A DNA stretch of 57,365 nucleotides from Octopus bimaculoides (taxonomy: Eukaryota). Shown piece after piece: positions 22,463 through 35,421 of this stretch; position 1 is the stretch's first letter, and every line of letters begins with the position of its first letter. The stretch is from NCBI RefSeq assembly GCF_001194135.2, contig NC_069002.1:10428802-10486166 (forward strand), read 5' to 3'. Below the pieces are notes generated by a model. The model was not told the DNA's origin. It saw nothing but the letters and a program-made list of their open reading frames with translations, and made no database searches. Both the position numbers and the translations under genes were made by a program.

Positions 22463-23059
22463 TTGATGAATGAATAATAAAGAAGTGAAATGGAATCAGT
22501 GCATGTGTTTATTTATTATTAGCATAACGATCCTCCCAAAATACAGCAAAATACGTTTCAACATAAGAGTTCATGTCAAGAATGTTGCAGTTGAAATACA
22601 AAGACTCTGTGTGTGTGTAGAAACATAAATGGCAACTATATCTGCTGTATGGTGATAGAGCTAAGACACTTGCTGAAGCTCAAATTAAATGTCTACCTGC
22701 ATTACGCATTAAAAATATATGAACGATGCTGGGGAAACAGTGAACATGTTTCAGGGGTAGGAGATCTCACTTTTATTCCCTCTCCACTCTTCTGATTGTG
22801 TTCATTCTATTGACGATGATGATCTTCCTGTGTGAGTGTTCGTACTTCTGTGAACTTTATTAATTAAAAAAATGTTTTTTACTTGTTTCAGTCATCTGAC
22901 TGCAGCCATGCTGGAGCACCACCTTTATGTTTGTGATAACATACAAAGTGTCATATATTTATTGTAAGCAATACTGATTATTATACAGAATAATTCAAAA
23001 CAAATGGTACATGAAGAAAACACACCTGTGAGTGTTGTAATGAATATATTGAAGAAATA

Positions 23060-23465
23060 CAGGTGTAACATGAGAGGTTAACTCTTCAAGTTTCCAAATA
23101 TGGGTGCCCTTTGCCACATGGCAGATGTCTACACAATAGTCTAGTTCTTGTCACATATATGCCAGCAGTGTAGCTTGATCAATTGGGTTGACCATGTCGC
23201 CTCTCCACTGCTTGGACTCTTGTAAGTCCTGTGCAAGTTAGGGTATGAACACCTTATTTTTCAGATACCCCATAAAGGAAAAAGTCACAAGGTGTTAGGT
23301 CAGGGTGTCCAGACCCTCAGTGGTAAATCATTCACCCTAGCATGGCTAATGCAGCACATTCTGGAAGATGCTGGCTGAGGTAATTGTGTATGTATCTATA
23401 CCAATGTAGAGAGGCCTGCGTAATGAAGCTGGGTACCCCTTCTAAATGGACAGCATTGTACCATT
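23060..23465 (-). mobile_element. Tc1/mariner transposase C-terminal fragment
   Basis: PDLTPCDFF(L)WGYLKNKVF...ELDYCVDICHVAKG.HI with frameshifts; TA|CAGGTG candidate terminus at 23058-23065. Confidence 0.7.
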
Positions 23466-24303
23466 CATTTTGAATTACCCTGTATATATTTACACATGCA
23501 CATACACATCACACACATATAGTGTCTATATATATATATGTATGTATATATATAATATATATATATTTTGACACTTTCAAATAAGTATCTACAGTTATGT
23601 GTTTCTATATTTGACAGTATGTGCAGAAAATTGTGTGTGTGTGTGTATATATATATATAATAGGTTTGCGTGATGTGTTTCTTAATACACATTTGTATAG
23701 TTATGTCTGCATGCAGGTTGGTGTAACATACGTCTGTATATAATATATGAATATACATAGTATATCTGTGTATGCATGTTCATACAACATGTAAGTGTAT
23801 ATATATAATCTACACACATGGTAATAAACCATATCTCAGTGTCACTAATCCACATAAAACTGATGTTATCTTCAAATGGTATCAAATCCCTATTTGTTTG
23901 TTTTCATCTTAAAGAAAATTTAATAAAAAATTTAGTCTTGCTAATTAATATATTTTGTTGTTTTATCATTTCCTGACTGTATAGTTTGCTAAGTCCTACA
24001 GAGAACAGCTATTCTGTCTGTCTATCGAGGTGTCTATGTACATCTGTCTGTCCTGAATGTTCTTTTTGGTTATGTATGAAGAGGCAGCCGCATAACAGAT
24101 TACATCACTCAACACTGAGTTGTTGGGGTTTTTAATTGGCACAAGCATGGCTGTGTTGTTAAGAAGTTTGCTTCCCAACTATAGGGCTTTGTTTTCAGTC
24201 TCACTGCTTGGCACTTTAGGTAAGTATCTTCTACTACAGCCCCATGCCAACCAAAGCCTTGTGAGTGTGTTTGGTAGGTGGAAAATGTGTGGAAACCCAT
24301 CGT

Positions 24304-24351
<48 letters not shown>

Positions 24352-24618
24352 TAAGATCTAAGGATCAAAGTATAGGAAGTTAGTAAGCTTCGAGTAATCT
24401 GTAGAAGGTATATTTGCAATCAAATCTCCTGTGAGTTAACATGGGATCACTTGACGACAATGTAAACTTCTTTTGCTTAAGGTATCTTTGGCCCAACGAG
24501 TAGCTAGCTGAATATCCCTTGTTTGGATAATTTCCACTTCCAGGCTTCTGCTAGCTATGAAACATATGTAACCTGGATTTTACCTACTCCATTCCTTAAT
24601 TTTGGATATATACACACT

Positions 24619-24649
<31 letters not shown>

Positions 24650-24680
24650 AATTTGCAGATTAACAAGGCAACCAATGGTT

Positions 24681-24990
24681 TCATGTGGAAGAGACCTCCA
24701 CAATGTCATATGGGCCACATGTCTTTTGTATCTTTTCGGAGAGGCCTTTCACATAGGGTAGACAGACTGTGAGCAGTTTATCAGTTTCATTGTCTCTTTT
24801 CTTCTTAATTGGAGTGGAGAGTATGCTTTTGGGGTAGTTGTTGCTTAATAGATTGTTACTGAGCTTGATCACTTCTTCGTGGTGGGTATCACGATCGCTA
24901 CTTATATTCATTGCTCGATGTTTTAGGCACTGGGCAATCCCTATGGATGGTGGGAGTTGAAGTTGAGATATACTTCTTGAAAATATAGAC
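24681..24990 (-). mobile_element. Penelope-like element RT C-terminal (thumb/linker) fragment
   Basis: YLNFNSHHP then (frameshift) GIAQCLKHRAMNISSD...EEVIKLSNNLLSNNYPKSIL...VCLPYVKGLSEKIQK, which is typical PLE sequence. Confidence 0.8.
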
Positions 24991-25596
24991 AGAATGGTCA
25001 AGTATTAGAAAGGCTAAAGAACTCCTTTGGTCATGAATGACCATGAAAGTGCACTTAGAAAGTTCCCCTCCAAGGCACAAGTCCAAGCAAGGTTGTTTAT
25101 GGAAGACCAACAGCCGCCCCTCTCTACGCCACCGATGTTATCCAAAAGAAAGGCAAAGGCTGATACAACTTGGCACCAGTGACGTTGCAACTAATTTCTG
25201 CAGCTGAGTGAACTGGAGAAACGTAAAATGAAGTGTTTTGCTCAAGAACACAACACACAGCCCGACCCGGGTATCGAACTCACTACCTCATGATTGTGAG
25301 TCCGACGCTCTAACCACTGAGTCAACTTCCTTTAATCACAAATCCGTTGAAGATTGACGTTATGTTAAACAACAGAAGTGGTAAAATATTTGACCATCAC
25401 AAATAGCTAGGAATCGAAACCGGACTACTGAGTTTCGACAATCAGGATTTGTGTTAGGGACCAGTGAAATATGCGGTCATAAAGCCAATTTGACCCCTAG
25501 CTTCCACACACTGACCCCGAAACCACCCACTCATCCATTCAATGCAACCCAATATAACATTCAGTCCATGAGAGTTATCTCCCTTGACATGCTAAC

Positions 25597-25731
25597 ATGG
25601 CGGAACCGAAGGTGAAAGCAGAGACGACGAATTCTTCATCGAAGGTTAACAGTTCCTCAAGCTATGGCTGGAGGCAGGCACCGACCACAATGTTATTTAG
25701 AATCACCAATTTTGAATTGTTCGTTAAACCT
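25597..25731 (+). CDS. SMIM8: SMIM8 coding exon 1: MAEPKVKAETTNSSSKVNSSSSYGWRQAPTTMLFRITNFELFVKP
   Basis: aacATGG start context, CCT|GTGAGT donor, 45 codons. TT.LFR..N.ELF.KP matches SMIM8 (recalled human TTTLFRAVNPELFIKP). The neighbourhood is CpG-rich. Confidence 0.93.
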
Positions 25732-27830
25732 GTGAGTATTTTATTCTAATCTCTGTTATTTTTGTTGTTATCAATTTTAACTCTATCATTGTTGTAATAT
25801 CGCCGTTGCTGTTTGATCCAGCATGCACTTATGATTAAATACATTCCTCTCGAGACCATCCTGACATTATTTATTTACAGATATGGTCTGTGTAGAACTA
25901 ACAATATCCAGTATACTCTACTCGTCTGCTAGGCGGCATATCTACATGTGTTTATTTATCTTCGTTCTTCTTTAAAAACCTCTGTGTATATGTGTATATC
26001 TCTCCTTCTCTCAACCTCCGCAGTCACCGTTCGTAGAGCTTTTGCAAGGTAAAGAATTTGAAGTTATAGCGCTGAAAGCTAGAACATACATCCCGTCTTG
26101 TGCTTAAACAACTCTGCTAGTTTATTATTGCCCTGGCTTGCTACTCTATCGAACTGTGATAGGGCTGAAAGCTAGACTTCACCTCGGCTGTATTTGCTAT
26201 GTGTGTATTGTGATACTAGCATGTAAACATGTACGTTTATACAGTATATATATATACATATGAACACGTGTGTTTCCGGACACGTGCTTATATGTAGGAA
26301 ATAATCTTGTGTTCATGTTCGTGTTGAAAATGAATGAAAAGAGAAATAAAGAAAGCTTCTAACAATGCAGAAAGTTAAAACAAAAACCAAAAAACTTTAC
26401 ATTTTGGGCGCAAAAGTCTCTCTTCTGAAGGAAACAGTCGAAGAAATGTGTATTTACGCAGATTTTGTTATTTTTGACAGTACAGTTTAGATATTAGTGT
26501 ATATATTGACCACTATATATATATGAAGCCAAGAAAAAAAGTCACAGGGATTTTGTGGGGCGGGGGTTGTCCTAGGAGGATTTTGTCGGGTGGGGGAGGG
26601 GACGTTGTCCTAGTGGAGTTTTGTTCGGATCCCATAAATTAATTGTGAATTTTTTTCCTGGCCAAAATTGTGGCTTTGTTACTGTGACTATTACCGGTCA
26701 ACAGATATGTGTGTGTTTGTAACTTACGTAGCAGAAAGAAACAGGGCAAATTTAACGATTTCTATGTTGATTGAAAAAAAAAATTATGAATAGCCTTAAT
26801 CGATTTTTTAGTCATATTGGATTCTCATCAGGTGTGTCTACATCACTTGACCAATCCCAGAAACAATCTCTTTATATACACAACAAATCCAGATGTTTCA
26901 GAAGCTACTGATATGTATACTGCAAATATTTAACACTACACACACAGACACATAGATAGATAGATACATACATACATACACACATACATACATACATATA
27001 TACATATAAGTATGTTGATGCAAACAGGAAAATTAGAACTCAAAATATGAGTATATATATATATATATTTTTATCAATATTTAGCAAAAGTAAGAGTGAC
27101 TCAAGGGCCAAGAGTTTCGTGTTTGAGTTACTCTGTTGCTTGTGTTAAATCATCATCATCATCATCGTCGTTTAACGTCCGCTTTCCATGCTAGCATGGG
27201 TTGGACGATTTGACTGAGGACTGGTGAAACCGGATAGCTGCACCAGGCTCCAATCTGGTTTAGCAGAGTTTCTACAGCTGAATGCCCTTCCTAATGCCAA
27301 CCACTCCGAGAGTGTAGTGGGTGCTTTTACGTGCCACTGGCACAAGGGCCAGTCAGGAGGTACTGGCAACGACCTCGCTCGAATGTTTTCTTACGTGCCA
27401 GTAAAGCGACGCTGGTAACAATCACACTCAAATGATGCTATTTACGTGCCACTGGCACGGAAGCCAGACAGCTGCTCTGGCAATGATCAAGCTCGGACAG
27501 TGCTGCTAGTCCTGGGATCGATTTGTTGAACTAAAACTCTTCAAGACAATGCTCCAGTATGGCCGCAGTCAAATGACTGAAACAAACAAAAGAATAAAAG
27601 AACATGTATTTATGTGTTTTTACATTCACACGATGGCCTTCTGCACAGTTTCTCACCATCAAATTTACTCACAAAGCATTGGTCAGCTTGGAGAGCTTGA
27701 GTAAAAGACATGAAGCACCATACAGTGGCACTGAACCTGACACACTGTGGTTGGAAAACAAATTTTTAGCCACATGCTCATTAATAAATGCACAGGAAAA
27801 TAAAACAAAAATTAAAGAAAAATGATACAT

Positions 27831-27888
<58 letters not shown>

Positions 27889-27924
27889 ATTTTCTCATTA
27901 TTTTTGTTTCAATTGTTTCTGCAG

Positions 27925-28083
27925 AACAAACCTGTGATGTATGCTGGAATCTCCATGTTTGTTGGTTGCGTGGCTTATATAATCTTCATGAACATTAACG
28001 ATGACAAAAAAAACAAGACCTACGTCTCTGTTGCTGAAGATGGATCGTTAATAAAAAGACAGCGGACTTCTCGCTGGGATTAA
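27925..28083 (+). CDS. SMIM8: SMIM8 coding exon 2: NKPVMYAGISMFVGCVAYIIFMNINDDKKNKTYVSVAEDGSLIKRQRTSRWD*
   Basis: ttctgcag acceptor; NKPVM, one hydrophobic TM segment ending CVAYI, and C-terminal R.TS.WD; TAA at 28081-28083. Total 97 aa. Confidence 0.94.
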   Translation, partial: NKPVMYAGISMFVGCVAYIIFMNINDDKKNKTYVSVAEDGSLIKRQRTSRWD

Positions 28084-28324
28084 TTCCTAAACATCATTTT
28101 CGGTTTCTTTCTTTTTCTTCCTGTTTGTTTTTCTCTGGTTTAACCCTTTGGCATTCAGGTAACTTTGTCATTGCCACATTCTAGCCTTTCATCATCTGAC
28201 ACAAGATCCCCTCCTCCAATGCTCCCTTCCCTCTCAAAATTCCTTGTCTTGCAAGTTACTTGGTGACCCTACCAGTGCTGGTGCCACATAAGAAGCATCC
28301 AATCCACACTGTAAATTGGTTGGC

Positions 28325-28745
28325 ATTTGGAAGGGCATCCAGCTGTTAAAACAATGCCAAAACTGACTCTACCTGTGTTACTGCTATGTAAAAAGCACTC
28401 AGTCCTCTCTGCAGGGTGGTTCGTGTTAGGAAGGGCATCCAGCTGTAAAAACCATGCCAAAACTGACTCTACCTGTGTTGCTGCTATGTAAAAAGCACTC
28501 AGTCCTCTCTGCAGGGTGGTTTGTGTTAGGAAGGGCATCCAGCTGTTAAAACCATGCCAAAACTGACTGTACCTGTGTTGCTGCTATGTAAAAAGCACTC
28601 AGTCCTCTCTGCAGGGTGGTTTGTGTTAGGAAGGGCATCCAGCTGTAAAAACCATGCCAAAACTGACTCTAACTGTGTTGCTGCTATGTAAAAAGCACTT
28701 AGTCCACTCTAAGGTGTGGTTGGTGACAGAAAGAACATCCAGCTG
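28325..28745 (+). repeat. 100-bp tandem array derived from the inside of family C
   Basis: gttaggaagggcatccagctg at 28425, 28525 and 28625. Confidence 0.9.
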
Positions 28746-30300
28746 TAAAAAACCTGCCGAAACAGACACAGTAGCTTGGGTTGGTCTACTACTTGGCCAG
28801 CTCCTGTCAAACCATCCAGCCAGTGCGTGCATAGGAGGCAGATGTTAAATGATGATGATGATGTTTTGAATTAATTGTACATTATCTCATGGCTTCAAGA
28901 TTTTGATGGTGCAATTGTTTATTTTTAGAATGATATTGTAGGGTAAATGAGAGAGACCAGATCCTGTCAGTTTGAATATGAAATAGGTAGAATATTTGGG
29001 TAAGATGTTGCCAGTTTCAATGCTAAAAGGTTAAAGATTGTTATTTTTGTTTGTTGTTAAGGGTAGTTGTGAGAAGCTTGATCTAGTCAGTTTAAGTATA
29101 AAACTAGTAGAATGTTTGGGCTGGATGTGGCTAGTTTAAATACTAAAGGGTTACCAGTTTCAGTCAAACCGTCTAACCCATACCAGTGTAGAAAGCAGAT
29201 GCTAAAAGATGATGGTTATGATGGTAATGACGTCTTCAAAATTTTGAAGCTACAAGATAATACATGACTATACTCGGAGCAATGAGAATAAATAGGCATT
29301 ACTGAATAATCTGAATGTTAAAGGTTATATTTTGACCATATAATCATCAGCTTCAGTAACCCTTTTGAATGTATTTAATACATGTGTTTCTGGCAATTAT
29401 GTCAGTAGTTTCTTATATATCTTCCTCAGTCAAAAATATTTCAAGATATAAATGCTAAAGCAAAATTTAGCCCTATGCATAACATTTGTCTAGATGGTCG
29501 CAAGAGAACCTACATACAAGCAGAGAGGAAGGAGAATGATAGATAGATAGATAGAAGGGGGGGGGGTAGGTATGTAAGGAGGAAATACAAGGCAGAGATT
29601 GATGAGTAGAATGGGAGGGAAGTTGTTAAGCAAATGAGTAGATAAGTAAACAAATGGATGGATAAATCAGAAAGGTAGAAGATGGATGGAGAGAAGAAGA
29701 GGGAGTAAAAAAAAAAATGGAAAGTAGGAGAATACAGTAGAAGCAGAAAAAGAAGGGGAGGATGAGAAAGAAGAGGAAAATAGAGAGAAAAAGAAACAGA
29801 GTGGAGTAGATGGGGCTGGTTGTGGGAGGGAAGGGTAGAAAAAAAACTGAAATAAAAGCTGGAAAAGATCGAAAATAGGCCAGAGACATGAATGATTCAG
29901 TTCTTTGGAAAAGAGGAATAAAAAGATTAAAAAAAAGAGGAGGAGAGAAAGGAGCAGGAGTTGTGGAAGAATGCAGTACCGCCTGACTGGCCTTCGTGCG
30001 GGTGGCACGTAAAAGCACCCACTACACTCTCTGAGTGGTTGGCGTTAAGAAGGGCATCCAGCTGTAGAAGCTCTGCCAAATCAGATTGGAGCCTGGTGTA
30101 GCCATCTGGTCCACCAGTCCTCAGTCAAATCGTCCAACCCATGCTAGCATGGAAAGCGGACATTAAACGATGATGATGATGATGGCTTCCATATCAATAG
30201 AAATGTATTTGACCACAATTGTAATTCTAGTGACTTGGCACCAAAAACAGGCAGGTAGATAAGATCAGTATAGGTATATGTGTGTGTGTGTGTGTGTGTG

Positions 30301-30354
<54 letters not shown>

Positions 30355-30819
30355 AGTAGGTCTGAAGTGGCCTACATAAATGTACATAAATACACACATA
30401 TTCACAAAAGTGTACACACATACATAGAGGTAGGCATAAACATATGTATTACACATATACATCTGTATCGGCATATTAAGACGTATTATTTGTAGAGTAA
30501 CAAAGCATGTGAATAGACAATGCGAAATAGATTGCAAACCAGGAAAATGCTGCCAAAAAAGGAGGTTTTAAGGTAAATGAATAAAAAGATGAAATAAAAT
30601 AGGATATAAATCAATAAATGAAGTAAAAAAAAAAAAAGAGGTGGAATGAGTTGAGAAAGGAGGAGTTATGAGGTAAGCCATTACATAAGAGAAATAAGAT
30701 TTGGAGATTTGGATGAGGAACTGGTATGTATCTTGGGTGCAGAAATATATAATAATACAATATGACAACAATAATATAATGATTTCTTGATATACTGCTA
30801 TGATGATACAATATATAAT

Positions 30820-31483
30820 ACAATAAATTAATTATCTGCATTAACAAAATACAATTTGGAGAATAGGGTCATTGTACATTTAAAACAGTGGAAGCCCAGT
30901 GGTTAGGGTAGCGGACTCGCGGTCATAGGATCGTGGTTTCGATTCCCCGACTGGGCATTGTGAGTGTTTATTGAGCGAAAACACCTAAAGCTCCACGAGG
31001 CTCCGGCAGGGGATGGTGGCAAACCCTGCTGTACTCTTTCACCACAACTTTCTCTCACTCTTACTTCCTGTTTCTGTTGTGCTTGTAATTCAAAGGGCCA
31101 GCCTTGTCACACTGTGTCATGCTGAATATCCCTGAGAACTATGTTACGGGTACACGTGTGTGGAGTGCTCAGCCACTTGCACATTAATTTCATGAGCAGG
31201 CTGTTCCGTTGATCGGATCAACTGGAACCCTCGACATCGTTAAGTGATGGAGTGCCAACAACATTTAAAACAAAGAGCAATTTTGACATACTACATCATA
31301 CATGTAGAAACGGAGATAAATAGGAAAGCATTGACGGAAAATACTGTCATACTTTATAGAATTCCCTACAGAAATAGACAATTGATTATAGAAGCAATAT
31401 TAATATCCGAACACAAAACTATGGTGAATGCAGAACATACATACATCATGAATACTAAAATTTTGATGGGAAGGTCTATATAA
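30820..31483 (+). mobile_element. PLE GIY-YIG C-terminal relic interrupted by a SINE
   Basis: Removing the SINE and one TSD copy gives SALTKYNLENRVIVHLKQRAILTYYIIH...NRKALTENTVILYR...RQLIIEAILISEHKTMVNAE, like the PLE H....AI..H......L.ENT.I......L.I.EA..I pattern. Confidence 0.55.
30888..31260 (+). mobile_element. Second family-E SINE copy with 12-bp TSD
   Basis: Highly similar to 10302-10682; ACATTTAAAACA at 30876-30887 and 31261-31272. Confidence 0.9.
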
Positions 31484-31683
31484 ACGTAAGCTGCACATTA
31501 TAAAATAGGGAGCAGAGAAGCCAAAAGAACTCCAAATCCTGTAGATCAGGCTGAGTTAGGCTGGAAAGTCGTTGATAAAAACGAATCTGGAAATGTTGTA
31601 GTTTTCATACAAATTATAATGGCCTGAAACACAAATAATACATGGATACAAGACAACCTGTTCCCTGACCTTATGAATACATA

Positions 31684-31835
31684 CATGCCTGCATATATAG
31701 ATTTTGAAACCTCCATGCCTGCATATATAGATTTTGAAACCTCCATGCCTGCATATATAGATTTTGAAACCTCCATGCCTGCATATATAGATTTTGAAAC
31801 CTCCATGCCTGCATATATAGATTTGAAACCTCCAG
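31684..31835. repeat. 30-bp minisatellite (catgcctgcatatatagattttgaaacctc) x ~5
   Basis: Perfect units starting at 31684, 31714, 31744 and 31774; fifth unit imperfect. Confidence 0.95.
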
Positions 31836-34187
31836 CATCTACAAATGGATTACAAATTTATATTCATCATCATCGTTGTCGTCGTCATCATCACCATCAT
31901 TTAGTGTCCATCTTCCATGCAGCAATGGGTTGGACAGTTTGATAGGAACCAACCAGGTAGAAGACTACCTCAGGCTACTGTGTCTGTTTTGGCAGGGCTT
32001 TTATGGCTGGATGCCCTTCCTATCACCAACCACCCCATAGAGTGGACAGAGAGCTTTTTACATGGCACCAGCACAGGCGAGGTCAGTTTTGGCTTGGTTT
32101 TTACAGCTGAATGCCAACCACTTCACAGTGTGGATTGGATGCTTTTTATGTGGCACCAGCACGGACAGGGTCACCAAGTAACTTGAAAGACAAGGAATTT
32201 TGAGAGGGGTGGGGGACAAACACAGACACAAACACACACACACACATACATATATATATATAAATATATGTATATATATATATATATATATNNNNNNNNN
32301 NNNNNNNNNNNNNNNNNNNNNNNNNNNNNNNNNNNNATATATATACGACAGACTTCAGTTTCCGTCTTACCAAATCCACTCACAAGGCTTTGGTCAGCCC
32401 AAGGCTATAGCAGAAGACACTTGCCCAAGGTGCCACGCAGTGTGACTGAACCCAGAACATTATGGTTGGTATGCGAGCTACTTTCATTTTGATATCTGGT
32501 TTCCAAACTTCTTTATGTGAATTTGTGTGTTGAAACAAATTTTGTTGTGTCTAGGGAGAGCTATTAAGCCAATATAATTAACACACACATTGGTTCAATA
32601 CCACTCATTTATTAAATATCTGATTTTTTTTTACCAAAGCTCTTTCTTTGCTTTTTGCAACCTTCTCAGTGGCTATATATATGTGTAAATGGTTTTATAT
32701 ATTCATATATAGGCATATAAATACATATTTATATACATATATTTATATAAGTTTAGATACATGCGTGTATTTGTATAAAGATATTTGAATATATACGTGC
32801 ATATACATATGTATACACATATATGTGTATACCTACAATGTATATACGTATATATGGTATATATTTGTGTATGTGTTTGTATGTAGACACATAAAGCACA
32901 ATCAAAAGAGGAAGATATTCAGGTAAGGTGGATACTAGCAAATAAATAATATATGAAGTTATAAAAGAAAAGCATCTGGTGGACATAGTATGGGAGAATT
33001 AAGTGAAATAATGTGTGTACGATAAAAGTAAATACACCGAATGAATAGAAATAGGAGAGGATCTAACATTCGGGGTTATGCCTCTTAACAAAAAGGAGTG
33101 AAAGAAGTAATAGATGTAGGAGAAAAGAAGTAGAAATGGTACTGATGTTATGGTGTCTCTTTTGCATTGCAGGCTTGGTATAAAAAGGGAGTTGGAGCTT
33201 GTGATTAGAGGGACTAAATGTGGGGACAATCTGTGTTATATTGAGATTAAATGAGGGAAAGAGAGCGAGAAAGAGTTCGGTGTGAAAGGGAGAAAGAAGG
33301 ATTGAGAAACAAAGAGAGAGAGAGAAAATGTAAGGAGAGAGTTCAATATTGGTGTGTGAGTGTATGTTTATGGTGAAGTATAGTAAATACAGTATTTAAT
33401 GTGTCAATATATTCTTCCTTGCAATATAATACATCTCACTAAGAATGTAAATATATAAATAAACGTATCATTACCCCTTCATCATCATCATCACCATCAT
33501 TGTCATCATCATCATCACTACCACCATCCTACATCATCATCATCATCATCATCATTTGAATAATGTGAAGTATGTCTGTATGTATGTATGTAGGTTCATG
33601 ATCTAAATGTTTGAATGTTGTCCTCACAATCACATCATTGTAGTTTCAATTCCCAAACCAGAGAGCATACTGTGTTCTTGAACAAAGCAATTTTCATTCT
33701 ATGTTGCTCTCCGATTACTTTGACATCAGTTCTGTGTGCGACTCTCTCGATTTAATGGAGGGAGTGAGATTATGTACAGCACGAACATTTGATCACTACA
33801 AACAAAATCATCCTTGCAGGTTATTCAACGAGAAATTACAGAACCCTCAAATGGCATCTATGACAGAAGAGTCCACCATATGCCTTCATATGTTTGTATT
33901 TTCTTTATTGAAGTACATTATTATCAATATTGCCCATCAAGTAGCTAAGGAGGACGTGACAGAATTATTTAGTTAATTGCAGGGTTTGTATACTGATATG
34001 TGAAAATAATATCTTGAATCATACTTTACACTTGATAATATGTTGTCAGTTGAAACAACTGTAGTGACAAACGTTCAATAAAAGAATGTAAAAATTTATG
34101 TTTGTATCATGTATTGAGTAGAAATGGGAAAGAAATCTAGTTCGATTGAGCCAAATTCAATGAAGATAATACGAAATAATGCATTTG

Positions 34188-34225
<38 letters not shown>

Positions 34226-34349
34226 AATATCTATTTGTCTGTTTGTCTATATGTATGTATATATGTATGTATGTTTGTGTGCGTGCTTGCATGTTTGTAT
34301 GCGTGTATATCTCTCTCTTTGTATATGCATATACATACAAATATATATA

Positions 34350-34380
<31 letters not shown>

Positions 34381-34736
34381 TCTTTTATGTATGTGCATAT
34401 GTAAGTATGTACGTATATATAAAAATACATAAGCTTTAATGTGTATGCATATATATATATATATGACTATGTATGTATACATATCAATACATATATACTC
34501 ACACATACACAAATATATATATCTCCATATCTATGTGAATATATGTATATATTTATATGTAAATGTATGTATTTTTTTATGTAAGTATATATATATATAT
34601 ATATATATGCATATATGGATGTGTGTGTGAATACATATGTATGTGTTTATATAGGTGTGTATGTGTGTATGATACATGTATGTGTGTATGTATGTCTGTA
34701 TGTATCTACCTATCTATATATAAATATATATATACA

Positions 34737-34769
<33 letters not shown>

Positions 34770-35001
34770 GAATATATATTNNNNNNNNNNNNNNNNNNNN
34801 NNNNNNNNNNNNNNNNNNNNNNNNNNNNNNNNNNNNNNNNNNNTATATATATATATCAGTGGAGAAAAAAGAGAGAGGAGAAGAAAGTGTCTGGGCAATG
34901 AAATGAAAGATTCTGAAACTGCCGCAATACACACACACACGCACACGCACACACACACAAACACAGACACACATCTGCATATGCGTTAATGTGTGCAGTG
35001 G

Positions 35002-35056
<55 letters not shown>

Positions 35057-35159
35057 TGACTGTGCAGCATGTCTCTGCTGTCATCTACACACCACAGCCT
35101 GCAGGTAGGTTTATATAGCATTTGAATAAAGTGTATTTCGCTTGTGTGGACATTTTGTG

Positions 35160-35390
35160 CATTTTCTATTGCTGCTGGTGATGATGGTGATGATGATGAT
35201 GATGATGATGATGATGGTCACCATTATCATCATCATCATCATCGTCATCGTCATGGCAATGTCAATGATGATGATGATTATGATGATGATGTTATTGTTG
35301 CTGATTCTTTTGTTGACAATGTTGCTGTTGGTGGTGGTGTCGATGATGTGGGGGGGATGTGGTGGTGGTAGTGGTAGTGATACTGTTGCT

Positions 35391-35421
<31 letters not shown>

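Noticed and set aside
26800-26831. Hammerhead at CUGAUGA-GAAUCC...AAAAUCGAU (minus strand)
   Set aside because: The GAAA box is lost and no stem I pairing is found; at best a decayed relic.
31684-31835. CRISPR-like appearance of this and the 22.3, 28.3, 42.3, 44.0 and 50.0 kb arrays
   Set aside because: Units are contiguous with no unique spacers, there are no cas genes, and the DNA is eukaryotic.
33165-33260. Acceptor-like ttttgcattgcag followed by a short open frame
   Set aside because: Stops occur soon in the frames read, there is no good donor, and the peptide is unrecognisable.
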